From Octopus vulgaris (lineage: Eukaryota), in assembly GCA_951406725.2 (NCBI GenBank), contig OX597827.1, forward strand, positions 57,970,001 to 58,034,000: a DNA stretch of 64,000 nucleotides, in the 5' to 3' direction. The notes beneath the pieces were generated by a model. That model was not told the origin of the DNA. It saw only the letters and a list, made by a program, of their open reading frames with translations, and did not search any database. The translations under genes were made by a program, and so were the position numbers. This document shows, in pieces, positions 1 through 12,581 of this stretch (the first letter of the stretch is position 1; every line of letters begins with the position of its first letter).

Positions 1-137
1 GTGAAATTAGTACAAATAAACTAATCGACATATGAGCAACCACTGTAAAGATTACTCCTGAATGATAAAGGGATCAAGAATGGGCTGATCGTTGAAACTG
101 TGAAATGAATTTCAAATAATTTTCCACTGGGAATCTT

Positions 138-515
138 TATATGTATATGTATGCATGTGTGTGTGTGTGTGTGTGTGTGTGTACATATATATATATATAT
201 ATCCTAAAATGAACAACAAACACAAAAAAAAACAACGCAAGGACATGGTACATTTAAAGTATTAGCAGATGCTCAGGGAAGGAAAGAAAGGTGATTTTAC
301 GTTTCGAGCAAAGCTCTTCTTCAGAAATAGGAGACAGAGGAAAGCCCAATAGAAAAGTAAGATGAAGAAAAAAAAAAGTTGCTAATGATTCACATATGGT
401 TACATTTTGAAAATGCATATATATACATTTTGAAAATGCATACATATATACATTTTGAACGAACATACATATATACATACATTTTGAACAAACATACATA
501 CATACATACATACAT

Positions 516-555
<40 letters not shown>

Positions 556-557
556 AC
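138..557. repeat. Microsatellite/minisatellite cluster: (TG)n, (TA)n, 4x TACATTTTGAA unit, (CATA)n, (CA)n
   Basis: Direct reading. Confidence 0.9.
294..328 (-). ncRNA. Minimal type I hammerhead ribozyme motif (Penelope-associated type)
   Basis: Minus strand AUUU-CUGAAGA-A-GAGC-uuu-GCUC-GAAA-CG-UA-AAAU: intact core, 4-bp stem II, palindromic ACGU stem III, 4-bp stem I. Confidence 0.65.
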
Positions 558-1892
558 GGTTTCATACAACTTTCAAAAATGCTTACATATTTTAGTTACC
601 TATCATATTTCGTGATAACTATTTCAAGTGGGTGATACATTCTTCTTGAAACCACTACAATTTATTGAAAATATTGCCATATTCTCAAAGCAATAAACAA
701 TTTTTGTAACTGACAACATAACAAAAACGTTTTTTTTTTCAAGTGTTATTTACCAAACATTATGGTTTGTTAACATTACCACCACCATTACCACTGTAAT
801 GCTTATTACAATAAAAGCTTCTATTTAGAAAAAAGTTCAACATAGAGTAAAAATTTGAAACTATTATTAACAATTACATTTCTTTTATAAACAATTTGTA
901 TAAACTTCTGATCAATACATTTTTAAAATAAAGTATTTCAAGAAATGTTTAATAATTTTATTCCAACTGCTTGTTTTAAAACAATAGGAAAACACTGCTG
1001 CTATAAACAGTAACCAGCAGAGCAGTGGGTATGAATAGAGTCTACAATGGTTTTTGTTAATGTTACCTCTCCAAAATATACTCGAAGCAAAACTAGACAA
1101 TCTCATGTTACAGGCAGCAGATGAAAATGTATGTGGATTTATAAACAGTTGTTAAAATTAAGAAGCCCTTAGGCTATGCAACAGTAAAGCAGTTTAGTAC
1201 CTTGTATACCATTAACATATATTACAAAGGGACAAAAAAAAAAATCTTCAAGATTCTAGTGCTATCTTAGAATCCTTCAGATAAAATCACTACAGGAAAA
1301 TGTAATGGTCATACCTGGAGATGAAGAAAAGCATAATTTTAGTTAAGTAGGGAGCCTCAGTATGGTTGCTTAGTCTGCTACAAATAGCCAAATCTCCCTT
1401 ACACACACTAGGATTACAGCCTAAACCTAAACTACAAAATAATTATTTGGATAGTGAAAAAGATGGATAATTCTTACAGAACGGACAGTGTGTGAGTCAG
1501 CCAGATTGTAAGTTATTAATAAGTTTGTGGATTGGAGAAGAATCTCAGCCAAAGCATCAATAGTACAGTAGTTGAGTAGTAAGTAAGAGTTAGCAGCAAA
1601 AATTAAAAGGAATAGAAAATCTGTTTAAAATGATAGCTGGAAGCCAGGTGGGAAATTAAACATCAAGTGTATCTCTTCAGAAGAGAGAAAACAGTGAACA
1701 TAGGCCAGTAGATGTTCGGCCAACCAACACACACACACACACACACACAGAAGTCCATATGAATGAAGCTGCAATTGGTATTTAATATGACAAGTACACT
1801 GTTAAACCAACAGAGAAAAGGGTGAGGTGTCAAGCAGCAGAGATAGTGAGTAAAGCAATCTGGTTCTTCAGAAGAAGTGGAAAGTCCTTTCC

Positions 1893-2111
1893 CCCTCTAG
1901 CATTTAAACCAGCCATATCCAACCCATATATTCTACCTGCTTTATATTCAAACTGGCAGCATGCAGCCTCCCATATCTACTCTACAATGTAATTCTAAAA
2001 ATATCAATGACATCACTGAAATCTTGAAGTCATGTGATAACGCATGATTAATTCCAAGTTATGTGAGTAAATAAGTAGTACATTTGACAGAGTGATCTGA
2101 ACGCTAAAGGG
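1893..2111 (+). mobile_element. piggyBac-like MITE family A
   Basis: ~215-bp repeat with CCCTTTAGCATT...AATGCTAAAGGG-type ends and TTAA flank. About 10 copies in the window; strand labels are arbitrary but consistent between copies. Confidence 0.75.
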
Positions 2112-2620
2112 TTAAATGTTAAAAGCAACAGAATGCGTTTATTGAATCAGGGATCCAATAAGTCGTTTGTTTTGTTTTAACCAAATTGAGCAACAAAGTG
2201 TTATCCCATAGCAACAGTCTTGCCAATGGTTATACAAATTAAGGAAAGAAAACTACTGGAATCTCATGTTACAATCTTTGAAACCATTTCATTTTGAATG
2301 AATTGAAAAAAAAAAAATTAAAAAGATAATTTACTTTTGATTCTCTGCATTCCAAGTTCAAATCTTGCTGAAGCTGAATTTGTCTTTCAACCCTCAGAGT
2401 TGAAAAAAAGAATTAATAAATTAGAATTTATTCAGTCATCTCTCCAGCTAAATTTATGGCTTTGGGTTAAAGTATATACTATACCAATTTCATCTTGTAG
2501 TATGAACTATGAAAAAATGTTACAAACAGCAAGGGACTTCATTTCTCGAAAAGAAATTATGAATAAATTCCACCAAAAATTCTACTACTACTGCTGCTCT
2601 CACCACCACCACCACCACCA

Positions 2621-2812
2621 ATAATAATAATAATCCTTTCCACAATAGGCACAAGGCTTGAAATTTTGGGGGAAGGGATTAGTTGATTACATTGACCCTG
2701 AAAAGATGAAAGGTGGAGTTGGCTTCAGCAGAATTTGAACTTGGAACATGAAGACAGATAAACTGCTAACAATTGTCCGGCATGCTAACAATTCCACCAG
2801 TTCAGTTTTAAA
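2621..2812 (-). mobile_element. tRNA-derived SINE family 2 (MetaSINE-like core, (ATT)n tail)
   Basis: GACCCTGAAAAGATGAAAGG...GAATTTGAAC. An opposite-strand fragment lies at about 2340-2450. Confidence 0.7.
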
Positions 2813-5072
2813 TAATGACAATAACACACACACACAAAACTTAGTACTAGAATGTACATAGTCTTTTTTATTACACTCACCCTTCAAGCTGAATATCCTT
2901 TGTATATGAAATAAGATGAAGGGGTAGAATCTTTAAATTTGTTCCCTGCTACAAATGTTTGAATTCATCTGCCACAGAGCTACATAAAAGTAACAAATGC
3001 ACTTTTAAGAGAGGCTCTTTAAAAATACAGAGAATAACAATTTACTATTGCAGACTAGATAGACAATGGTTCGCAAGAACTAGCTTCCTTTAGCCATTTT
3101 ATTTCTATGAAATTTTAATCTCTGCCAAAGGCATTGTTTTTATCAAGCTTTCAGCTGACTGCAACTTGACACTCCAGCCAGCCCTTATCTGCTGCTCCCT
3201 GATGCATCGGAGGAATAGAAGAGTACATCAGTCATAGGGGCAAGAACTGTCCCCTTTTGTGTTTTGGACACCTGGTCTATAATAAATTATTTCAGACCCT
3301 GTTATTTGCCTTCCATATCTCATTCTTCTTGGCCTTATAGTCAGCGTCAATGTAGCCTGCTATCAGAGTAGCTCCTTACTTTCTGAGCCTACACCTTACA
3401 CCACCCCATTTCCTCACTATACTCAATCATTCATTCTCTGTATCCACACTTGCTATTGTTATTAGTACTGATACAGTGATAAATTTACTCAGCTTCAATT
3501 CAAGTTAAATAGTTAGTGCTAGGATAGCTGTCCAAACTCACACATTCCAATTAAACTACACACAAAAGAAATTACATAATAAATAAGAGAAAAGCAATTT
3601 TTTTTTTTTTACAAAATGTTCATACTTCAATTTAACTTCAATTTTACACATTCAGTTCATATACCCTTTGCAGTACAAAAATGTACATGTGCATTATTAA
3701 TTTTAATTAAGCACCAATGTAACATATTAAACTTGTCTGTCAAACATTATCCCACTAAAAGCCATTTGCCTCCAGCTCAATGTCCTTCCTTTTTTTCTTT
3801 TATTATTCTTGAAAATCTCTTTCACACAATTATATGGATGTCTTTTCTAAGTTATAACACTGCATTCTCCATGTCATACACTACCATGTATTACTCACAT
3901 AAGCCTATTTGAAACAGTGCCTCTAGTTTATTTTTATGATTTTTTTCTATTCACTTCTTTTACAAATTTTCCAGCTATTTCCAATGAACAAAATAGTGGT
4001 TTTCTTCTTGAGCAGAAGGTCAACTTTATGAGAAAGTATCAATTAAATGACAGCATCAAGTCCCTTTTATCATCTCTGGAACAAGACAAAGCAAAGATGA
4101 CCCCAGGGGGAAAGAAAGAAAAAAATCGGCAACACTGTTTTCAGGAAATCACCTACCCTAATTTTATAAAGGTATTAAACTAGGCTAAACTCACTAGTTT
4201 AGTAAAGCTAACATGTTATTTAGATAACATGAAAAACCGTGTGTTGCCTATCGATCACTGTGAGCTGGGTGCTTCATTTAATATTTCTTTTTAGATAATC
4301 CATAAAATATTCTGGAAAGCTAGATGTTACAGCAATGGAAAAAATGAGTAAAAACTAAATGAGAGAGAACACATCTGTACAATTGTCAGCAGTATTATTA
4401 ATTATTCCTTATTATTAAAGAGGTTGATAAAATTACAGAACATTGGTCTTGCCTTACAGTATTTAGCTTTGATGTTCTATATTCTCATTCCTTTTCTACC
4501 ATGGTTCGTTTCACCTTTCATCCTTCTAGGGGTTAATAAAATAACAGGTTTGTACTGCAATCAATTCACTTGTCTTTACATCTCCTTTACAAATACCTTG
4601 TGCTAAATATATGAAGTAAATTAAAGAGGTAGCCTGTAGGTTAAGATCCGGTAAGTTTTTAGCAAAATTAATGTTATCTAATAAGAACCACCACAATGCC
4701 CCCAAGGAAATTAAAAACTCTGCAGTTGTTTCTACCTTATACTTTACAGCACTGTACCCATGTAAGGGATCATTACTATTTGGTAGTAAGCAAACCAAAT
4801 TCTATCATTGGTTGAAACTATATTTTCTTCAAGCAAACAGAAGGTATCTACATAATTACTTGATCTGCTAGAAATAGCATCCAAACTTCCATCCAATCAC
4901 ACTCTACTGTCATAACAATTTGAAAGGAACAGAAATAGTATGTTAAAAAAATAAACAAGCTGCTGAGCTGATAGCCAAATGTTTTTGGTTATCAGTGGAC
5001 TTATCCAGATCTGATGTAAGGTTAAATTTCCTTTGCATCAAGAACACTTTCATAGCAACGTAGATACTTTAA

Positions 5073-5288
5073 CCCTTTAACATTCAGATTACTCTGTCAA
5101 ATGTGATGCTTATTTGTTCACATTGTTTTGTATTACGCATTATCTCATAGCTTTAAGATTTCGATTATATGATTGTTTATTTTTAGAATGACATTATAGG
5201 GTAAGTGTGAGAGGCTGGATCTGACTGGTTTGAACATAAATTAGGTAGAATATTTGAGCCAGATACGGCCAGCTTAAAGACTAAAGAG
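5073..5288 (-). mobile_element. piggyBac-like MITE family A
   Basis: TTAA-CCCTTT start, reverse-orientation copy. Confidence 0.75.
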
Positions 5289-5618
5289 TTGAAGTATTTC
5301 ATTTGGTACAGCACAGTTCTTAAATTAAAATCCTGCCTTTTGCTGCTTGTTTATGTAGTTGATAAAAATTAATACCAGTAAAATACTGCTATACTTCCTT
5401 TAACAGTTTACTATGTAAATGCTCCCCCCTTAACCTCTCCACACACACATATAAGAAAAATGTAGTTTGTATACTATACAATTTTACTACCTTATGTTAA
5501 TTTAAACATTACAATCCTTAACATAAACATTAAACAGTTCTATATTTAACAGATGAATAACAACAACAACATAGAAAAATACCTTAGGAACAAGAACCCA
5601 GGTTTGAAATTTCCCCAA

Positions 5619-5664
5619 GACACCTGATGAAGGCTGGAGGGTATATCAGCCGAAACATTGTGTC
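5619..5664 (+). ncRNA. Minimal type I hammerhead ribozyme motif (Penelope-associated type)
   Basis: GACAC-CUGAUGA-A-GGCUG-gaggguauau-CAGCC-GAAA-CA-UU-GUGUC: core, 5-bp stem II, perfect 5-bp stem I. Stem III reads ACAU instead of ACGU. Confidence 0.7.
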
Positions 5665-6729
5665 AATAACAAACAAGATGAAGACAAACATCCGTCAAAT
5701 GTAAATAATATAAACAAAGAAAATAATGAAAGAAAAATCAGTATGGATAATAATGAAGTTTCCAAGCTAAAAACAACTTCTGCACTAGATCCCTGAATTT
5801 TTGCTTTTCCTTTGGAGTAAATTCCCTCATGATTAGAGTTATTGGTTTAGAGGTTGTCTCCATTTAGCTGAAAAGTTTTCTCTGGGTAGTTACTCTTAAT
5901 ATCTATATAATTTGAGATATACAAGATTTCAATACAGAGGTATGGACCATCTATAAATGTTGAGGCATTACTTACAGTCAATAAAATCAAACATTTAGTT
6001 TCTTTTTGTTTTTTTTATATTAATCATGTTGTCAATGGATACTGTTGGTACCTTCTTCTGCATAGTTTCATAAACTTTTTTACATGTATAGTTGACGTTA
6101 AGTAAAATCAAAAACAGTAAAAACAAATCTATTAGAGTTTTACATCTTAAAAAAAAAAAAAAGTAAGTAATGTAAACAATGCTATGTTTTTCTCTTTTTT
6201 AATACATCATTACTATTATTATCACCATCATCATCATCATCATTATTATTATTATTATTATTATTGCTGTCATAATCACTGAAACAATATGTTCTATAGA
6301 AAACAATGTATGAAGTACTTAGCTTATTGTGATTCCATTTATAGCCAATGATCTGAAAATCCCAGCATATGAAGTACAAATGAATCATTTGAAATTAGTT
6401 GTGACATTTGATTTCTTGACAACCCAAGTTAAATCATCAAGCCAATATTAAGACATTTGAGAAAGATCAAGACAAAAGAAATGCCAAGTATCTTCCTTGA
6501 AGAGAAGTTGTTCATAAAGAATATCTTCAAAATGATTGATAAATGATATAGTGAAGCATTTTTTTCAATGACACTAGACCAAGAAAATATACAAACATAT
6601 CAGAAATAGGATAAAAAAAATTACTCCAACAGTAGAATGGCCATATGACAGTTTTATATACATGCCAACTGATATTAACTAAAGCCATCTAGGAAATAAC
6701 AGAACATGGCTGACTATCATATCCAAAAG

Positions 6730-7220
6730 CTTATATAACAATAGTGGTTAAGTTGTAGCCTTTGAAGTCCAGTGGGTCATGGCTGTACAGTTGTAAATCC
6801 TACCAGCAGCAAGTTTTGGTCAAGTGTGTTTTGCAACCTTGAAGCCTTGGCTTTGATGCCATTGCAGGGTGTCTTGAGCATCTTTTAACACAGCCTTTGG
6901 CCAACCAGTACCTTGCTAGTGAAGTGTGTAGTAGATTGAAACTGCACAGAAGGCCATTGGATGCGTGTATGTGTGCACACACATGCTGGAAGTGGGGGAA
7001 TAGGAAAAAAAAAAAATCAGAGAGTTGTATGAAAATATCTTCCAGTATTAAGATTTAATTATCATCTCAATTGCCTTCCTTCAGTTGGTGGAGTATTTTT
7101 TATCCTTCGAGGCTGATAAAGCAGACAAAAACACTAAGGTCAATATATTTGACTAAAACCCTAGAAGGTAGTGTTTCAGCATAGCTGTAGTCCAAAGACA
7201 GAAACTAATAAAAGAATATT
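6730..7220 (+). mobile_element. Degraded SINE pieces (family 1 type head near 6740-6980, tail near 7085-7218)
   Basis: GTAGATTGAAACTG..AGAAGGCC and CAGCATAGCTGTAGTC...GAAACTAATAAAAGAAT. Confidence 0.5.
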
Positions 7221-7548
7221 ATGCTAGGCTGATTTGCTGGAATACAAGGCTGAAAGCACAATCAAAGCTGGCACAAAACTGTGGAGTTAATTAGCATAAC
7301 GGAATCTACAAGACTACTAGTCTGAATCACATAACTGAATCTAGCACAAAACTATTAAGCTGACTCACATTGTTAAAAAAGATAATGGATTTTTCAGTCT
7401 GACATGTCTAACTGAAACCAATATGATATTTCTGGTGTGAAGTGTTTGATGGCATGTTTAATAAACATTTGCCTGAGTGAAGTGAATATATATAACTAAT
7501 TTTTTCATGATAAGTCAAGATAAAACAAAGTGTTTAATCCATGTTTAA

Positions 7549-7759
7549 CCTTTTAGCATTCAGATTATTGTCAAATATAATGCTTATTTAATCAATTCTT
7601 TTGTATTAGGCATACATTATCTCATGGCAGTGTGATTTTGACAATGGGATGGTTTATTTTTAGATTGACATTGTAGAGTTGATCTAAAAGTGGCTGGTTT
7701 GAACATAAAAAAACCCCAGAATATTTTGGCTGGATATGACTGGCTTAAATGCTAAAGGG
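7549..7759 (-). mobile_element. piggyBac-like MITE family A
   Basis: TTAA on both sides, reverse-orientation copy. Confidence 0.8.
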
Positions 7760-7801
7760 TTAAATGATATAGTAAATAAATGACAAGCAGAAATAATTTA
7801 A

Positions 7802-8014
7802 CCCTTAAGTATTTAAACTGATCACATCTGACCCCGAAATTCTGTTTTACGTTCAAACTGGCATGATTTGGTCTCTCCCACCTTCCTTACAATGTCATTC
7901 TAAAACTAAATCACATCATCAAAATCCTGAAGCTATGAGATAATGCATAACTAATTCAAAACAATGTGAATAAATAAGCATTACATTTGACAGGGTAATC
8001 TCAATGCTAAAGGG
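7802..8014 (+). mobile_element. piggyBac-like MITE family A
   Basis: TTAA-CCC...GGG-TTAA, forward copy. Confidence 0.8.
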
Positions 8015-9212
8015 TTAAAGTGGTAATCAAATGAAGAATTATTTGATAAAGCTCTTTAAATTTTAAGTGTTGATTATGCATCTTATTTAAAGTTTTGCAT
8101 TTGAGCTTGAGAACAAAATGAATAGGACTAATTCTTGAACTAGTCGCTGTTTTGCCTCAAGTCAGCCTTTATTTAGTAAGCCTATATCAAAAACATTCCA
8201 GCTGGAACCACTTCCCCCCATCCATAACTACTTTATCTCATGCTATTTTTTCTAACATGGCAGAATTTGATTTGAAGGAGATTTGTTCCTAGCAGTTGCT
8301 TTAAAGCAAAAAAAAAATGTCTATGGAAGCATTTCACCCTAGTGATCTAATTAAATACTGTGTGTGTGTGTGCATGCTTCTGTGCACATGTATCCTGAAT
8401 GAATTAATAAAATTCATCCTACACGGAAAGGTTTCCTAAAATACATGAAAAAGTTAAACCAACAACAGATAACTGCTTTGTGACTCTTTGAAAGATCACT
8501 AATGCATGCTCTATAATGAAGGGAAATTCCTTCCCCAAACCCTTTCTTTTCTTTTATACTACTTGCCCACTAAAAATAATGATTTCTTTTATAATAGCAA
8601 TGATTTGCCCACAATGAATGCTGAATATTTGGTTTCGACATCAGTAGTATATTCAAAAGAAATTAGTCACCAAGTTTTCTAAGAGCATTTCTAAGAACAA
8701 CACTAAAACGGAACCTTCTAGAAAGTTAATTTGTTCTATAACTGCTGGAATGAAACTGCCAACTGAAATATTTTAAATCTACAACCTGACCTGAAACAAG
8801 CCAAACCTAATTTCCAAGAGTGAATAATTTTTAGCTTGGAAGAGTTTTTTTTCTTTTTCTGGTAATGGAAATGGATAAAATATATAAAGCAGTAAAATAA
8901 AGCTAACTTCAATTCCATACAAAATGAAACAAAATAAACTACTTCAATTCACTAGTGATTAAGATTCGAGTAGTAAAAAGCAATGAAAGCATTTTGACTA
9001 GCTCAGATGCATTTAGTCTCAATGGTTTTCTCATTTTTTATTGTTTCCAACATTTCAATTTCTATTTTTGACATTGAATTCAATGGTAGAAGATATAGTA
9101 CTGTACTAATCATACAGGAGTTTTACATGTAAACTGTTACAAAAAAGTCATCTCTGTCAAGATAGTGATTTTGAATATGTTTAATACATAGAACCCGTAA
9201 TAAGGTGCTTAA

Positions 9213-9419
9213 TCCTTTAAAGTTTAAACCGGCCATATCCAGCTTAAATATTCCAGCTGTTACTATGTGAAAACTGGCCAGATCTGTCTTCTTACACGTA
9301 TCCTACCATGTCAGTCTAAAAATAAACAATCACATCATCAAAATCTCAATGCTATGATTAACTGAAAACGATGTGACTAAATAAGGATTACATTTGACAT
9401 TAATCTGGATGCTAAAGGG
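9213..9419 (+). mobile_element. piggyBac-like MITE family A
   Basis: TTAA on both sides, forward copy. Confidence 0.78.
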
Positions 9420-9479
9420 TTAAGTATAATAGACAAACACACACAGTAGTAAGATGACAACCTAGTCTCCATCAACAGT

Positions 9480-9890
9480 ATCAAAATTAAAATAGCTACC
9501 CTCCATCTACACAAACTACATGCAAAACTGTTAAAATGTCTGGTCTTTTATACAATAACATTGCCAAAACTGCACCCCAAAGACTAGGCTTCCTCTCTGA
9601 GACAAAAAATATCTTTAGCTCTACAAAGTACCTGATTCTCAAGAAAGTTCATATGAAATCCATATCTACACAGGATGGTGCTATTACATACTCACAAACA
9701 AGCATTCTAACACACATAAATAAAAAGCCATTTGGCCAATTGACAAAGACATATTGTCTCTTCTATCTCTTCAATTGTAACTACAACAGACTGCTTACTC
9801 CGTTAGCCCAGACTCACAATTTAAATGTGTTTTCCTTCTACATATCCAGACTGTTCCTCATACAATGGAAGATATATAACATAAACTAAA
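9480..9890 (+). mobile_element. Degenerate LINE fragment (CR1/L2/Jockey-group, region downstream of RT)
   Basis: NIAKTAPQRLGFL..KNIF resembles the HI..IAK.ASQRLG.L.R motif. Confidence 0.55.
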
Positions 9891-10794
9891 AGGTTTTCTG
9901 TAACAATAAACTTGACAATATACATTTGACTGTGCTAGTATCACACTTCACTCAATATCAGACAAGTAAATCTTTAGTCCACTAACCATGCGAGTATACA
10001 ACTATTAACCACATTATTTTTATATTTCGAATATTCTAAATGCATTAACAATTATCTGATTAACTGAAACTGCTGTATTTTTGCTTCATTCTTTTTTTCT
10101 ACCTTTCATCTGCTTCATTATTCACTATGCTAAATGCATTAAAACTCCACCTGCAGTGGTTGATTATTAAAAAAAAAATTGTTGTGAGTAAAAACATTAA
10201 TAATAAAGTCAGGAAAAAGTTAATATGGTTTAATATAAGTGATCTACTGAACAAATAAGTTATCAATGTAATTATATTGAACTAAAATAGAAGTTACTAA
10301 CAAAGGCTATTTGCAGCTGATAAAGAAAAATGAAAATGTCTTAAGTCATACATACAATGTGAAAGGTGAGCTACCAATAGGTTACCAATGAACAGATTGA
10401 CTCAGTCTGAATTAGATATAATGGAATATGCCAAAATGTAAAAAAAAAAAAAAAACCCTCTAAAAGTTCATATCACATACACACAGACCAATACATTTTG
10501 TGATTTTACTTAGACATCGCAATATTAATAACTGCTTGCTAGAACTCAGTGTACATATGATCCAGAGTAAAATGTCTGGAGATAATTGAGCATAATATTA
10601 ATTACTGAATGACAAAAGAACATGAGTTACAAAATCATCTTCATTAAATTACAGCTGTTTCTGCTGTAAGAACCATAGCACTCAAAGTTAAGTTCTTGTG
10701 CAACATCTTATAGCTTCCTTAGAGCCATTCAAAGGAAGTTCATTTTAATGGCTCTTGAGAAGTTATACAACTCTCAGTAATTGTGCACACATCA

Positions 10795-10939
10795 TTCAGA
10801 CTTCTTTCAGCTTCCATCTACCAAATTCACTCATAACATCCAAGACTACTGAATACGACACAAGTCCAAGGAGCTACACAGTGGGACTGAACCTGAAACC
10901 ATGTGGGTGGAAAGTGAACTTCTCAATCAAATCATGACT

Positions 10940-10940
<1 letters not shown>
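10795..10940 (-). mobile_element. SINE head fragment (family 1 type)
   Basis: CAGTGGGACTGAACCTGAAACCATGTG shared with 11660-11690. Confidence 0.65.
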
Positions 10941-10970
<30 letters not shown>

Positions 10971-11346
10971 CTGTATTCAATTATTAATTAGAAGCAGAGC
11001 TAGTGTTGTAAACATTATTGACTACACATACTCAATATATGTGATTTACTTGTTTGCCAGTATGCTGTAGTTTAGTATGCTGAAAGTGGGTGTTAAAACA
11101 CCTGAATGTCATAGACAGGTGAGACAGCTTGCCCTTAATCACATTCATGAGTGATGGCTACTACTAATATTTTGTCATTTTTGTGGCTTATCAACACCAT
11201 GCACCTGAATCAAACTGAATTACCAATCTATGACTACATACAAACTGTGTAAAAACCATTTGCTGGTATGCCATGACGATGCATATGTAGGATTAAATTC
11301 AGTTGTCTCATAATTGAATTTAAAGCATTACTAACATGGTTGTACG

Positions 11347-11731
11347 TACTCCCTCTTTTACTTGTTTCAGTCATTTGACAGTGGCCATGCTGGAGCACCG
11401 CTTTTAGTCGAGCAAATCGACCCCAGTAATTCTTTGTAAGCCTGGTACTTATTCTATCGGTCACTTTTGCTGAACCGCTAAGTTACGGGGATGTAAACAC
11501 ACCAGCATCGGTTGTCAAGCGATGTTGGGGGAACAAACACACACACACACACATATACACATGTACATGCCGGGCTTCTTTCAGTTTCTGTCTACCAAAT
11601 CCACTCACAATGCTTTGGTCAGCCCGAGGCTATAGTAGAAGACACTTGCCCAAAGTGCCACGCAGTGGGACTGAACCCAGAACCATGTGGTTGGTAAGCA
11701 AACTACTTACCACACAGCCACTCCTGCGCTT
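11347..11731 (-). mobile_element. tRNA-derived SINE family 1, full-length copy
   Basis: Minus-strand head GGAGTGGCTGTGTGGTAAG (A box)...GGGTTCAGTCCC (B box), TTGGGCAAGTGTCTT core, internal (TG)n, tail GACTGAAACAAGTAAAAGAG. Confidence 0.85.
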
Positions 11732-12526
11732 ATGTAGCAGAGTAATAATAAAAATAATGTCTTCAATTTAGGTCCATAGTTTACATTGTTTGGATATGTT
11801 CCCTATATGTTCTCTTCGAACATATTTTGAATAAATTTAATAGTATAGTCACAATGGATAGGTGAAGAGAAGTGAACTAGTATTTTCACATAAACACTGT
11901 ATGTAACTTTTCTCAGTGCACTCCATTTCTGATGAAAATAATAGATTACAACTCCCAAAGTAGAAGAGGTAACAAGTATATGACAAAGAACTATAGTTTT
12001 CAAAGATTTTATCTCCTAAGACTACTTATGTGGATTTACATCATCACAAAAATCAAATTCAAAAGGAAATAATGAATTTTATAGTTCTCTATGAACTTCT
12101 AACAATTTTATAGTTCTCAAAACAACTGAATATTTCCCACAAGTCTTGCAAGTATACATAAAGCACTTTCCAGAAGATCAAGGGATATAGTTATTTAACT
12201 TTACTCAGTATATTACTGGTACAAATTTTATTTATTACAAAAGAGAAGTACCATATCAAATACAAAACAGAGATCTAGATTAAATGTGAATCAAACATGA
12301 TTTTCCTGCCCATTTCTTAACTCTATAAATAATATACATATATAAATATAGGGTAGGAAAAATTATAGAAATTTTTGCTACCAGTGGCCTAGCATGTATA
12401 CAAAGTCAATAGACATATTTTTCATATAAAAATTAGTGTACATTTAAACACAAAAGACCTTAACAGGTCGCCTTACATACTAGAAGGAACAGTCAAAAGT
12501 CCAAACCACAGTAAAGAGCAATTTCA

Positions 12527-12532
<6 letters not shown>

Positions 12533-12576
<44 letters not shown>
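12533..12576. repeat. (TA)n microsatellite
   Basis: Direct reading. Confidence 0.95.

Positions 12577-12581
<5 letters not shown>

Noticed and set aside
254-615. ORFs rich in CV/YV/HT/YI repeats (also 37243-37687, 50823-51047, 60041-60462, 61681-62001)
   Set aside because: Translations of microsatellites
11640-11731. tRNA genes at SINE heads
   Set aside because: A/B boxes are present, but they are fused to SINE bodies and lack a full cloverleaf
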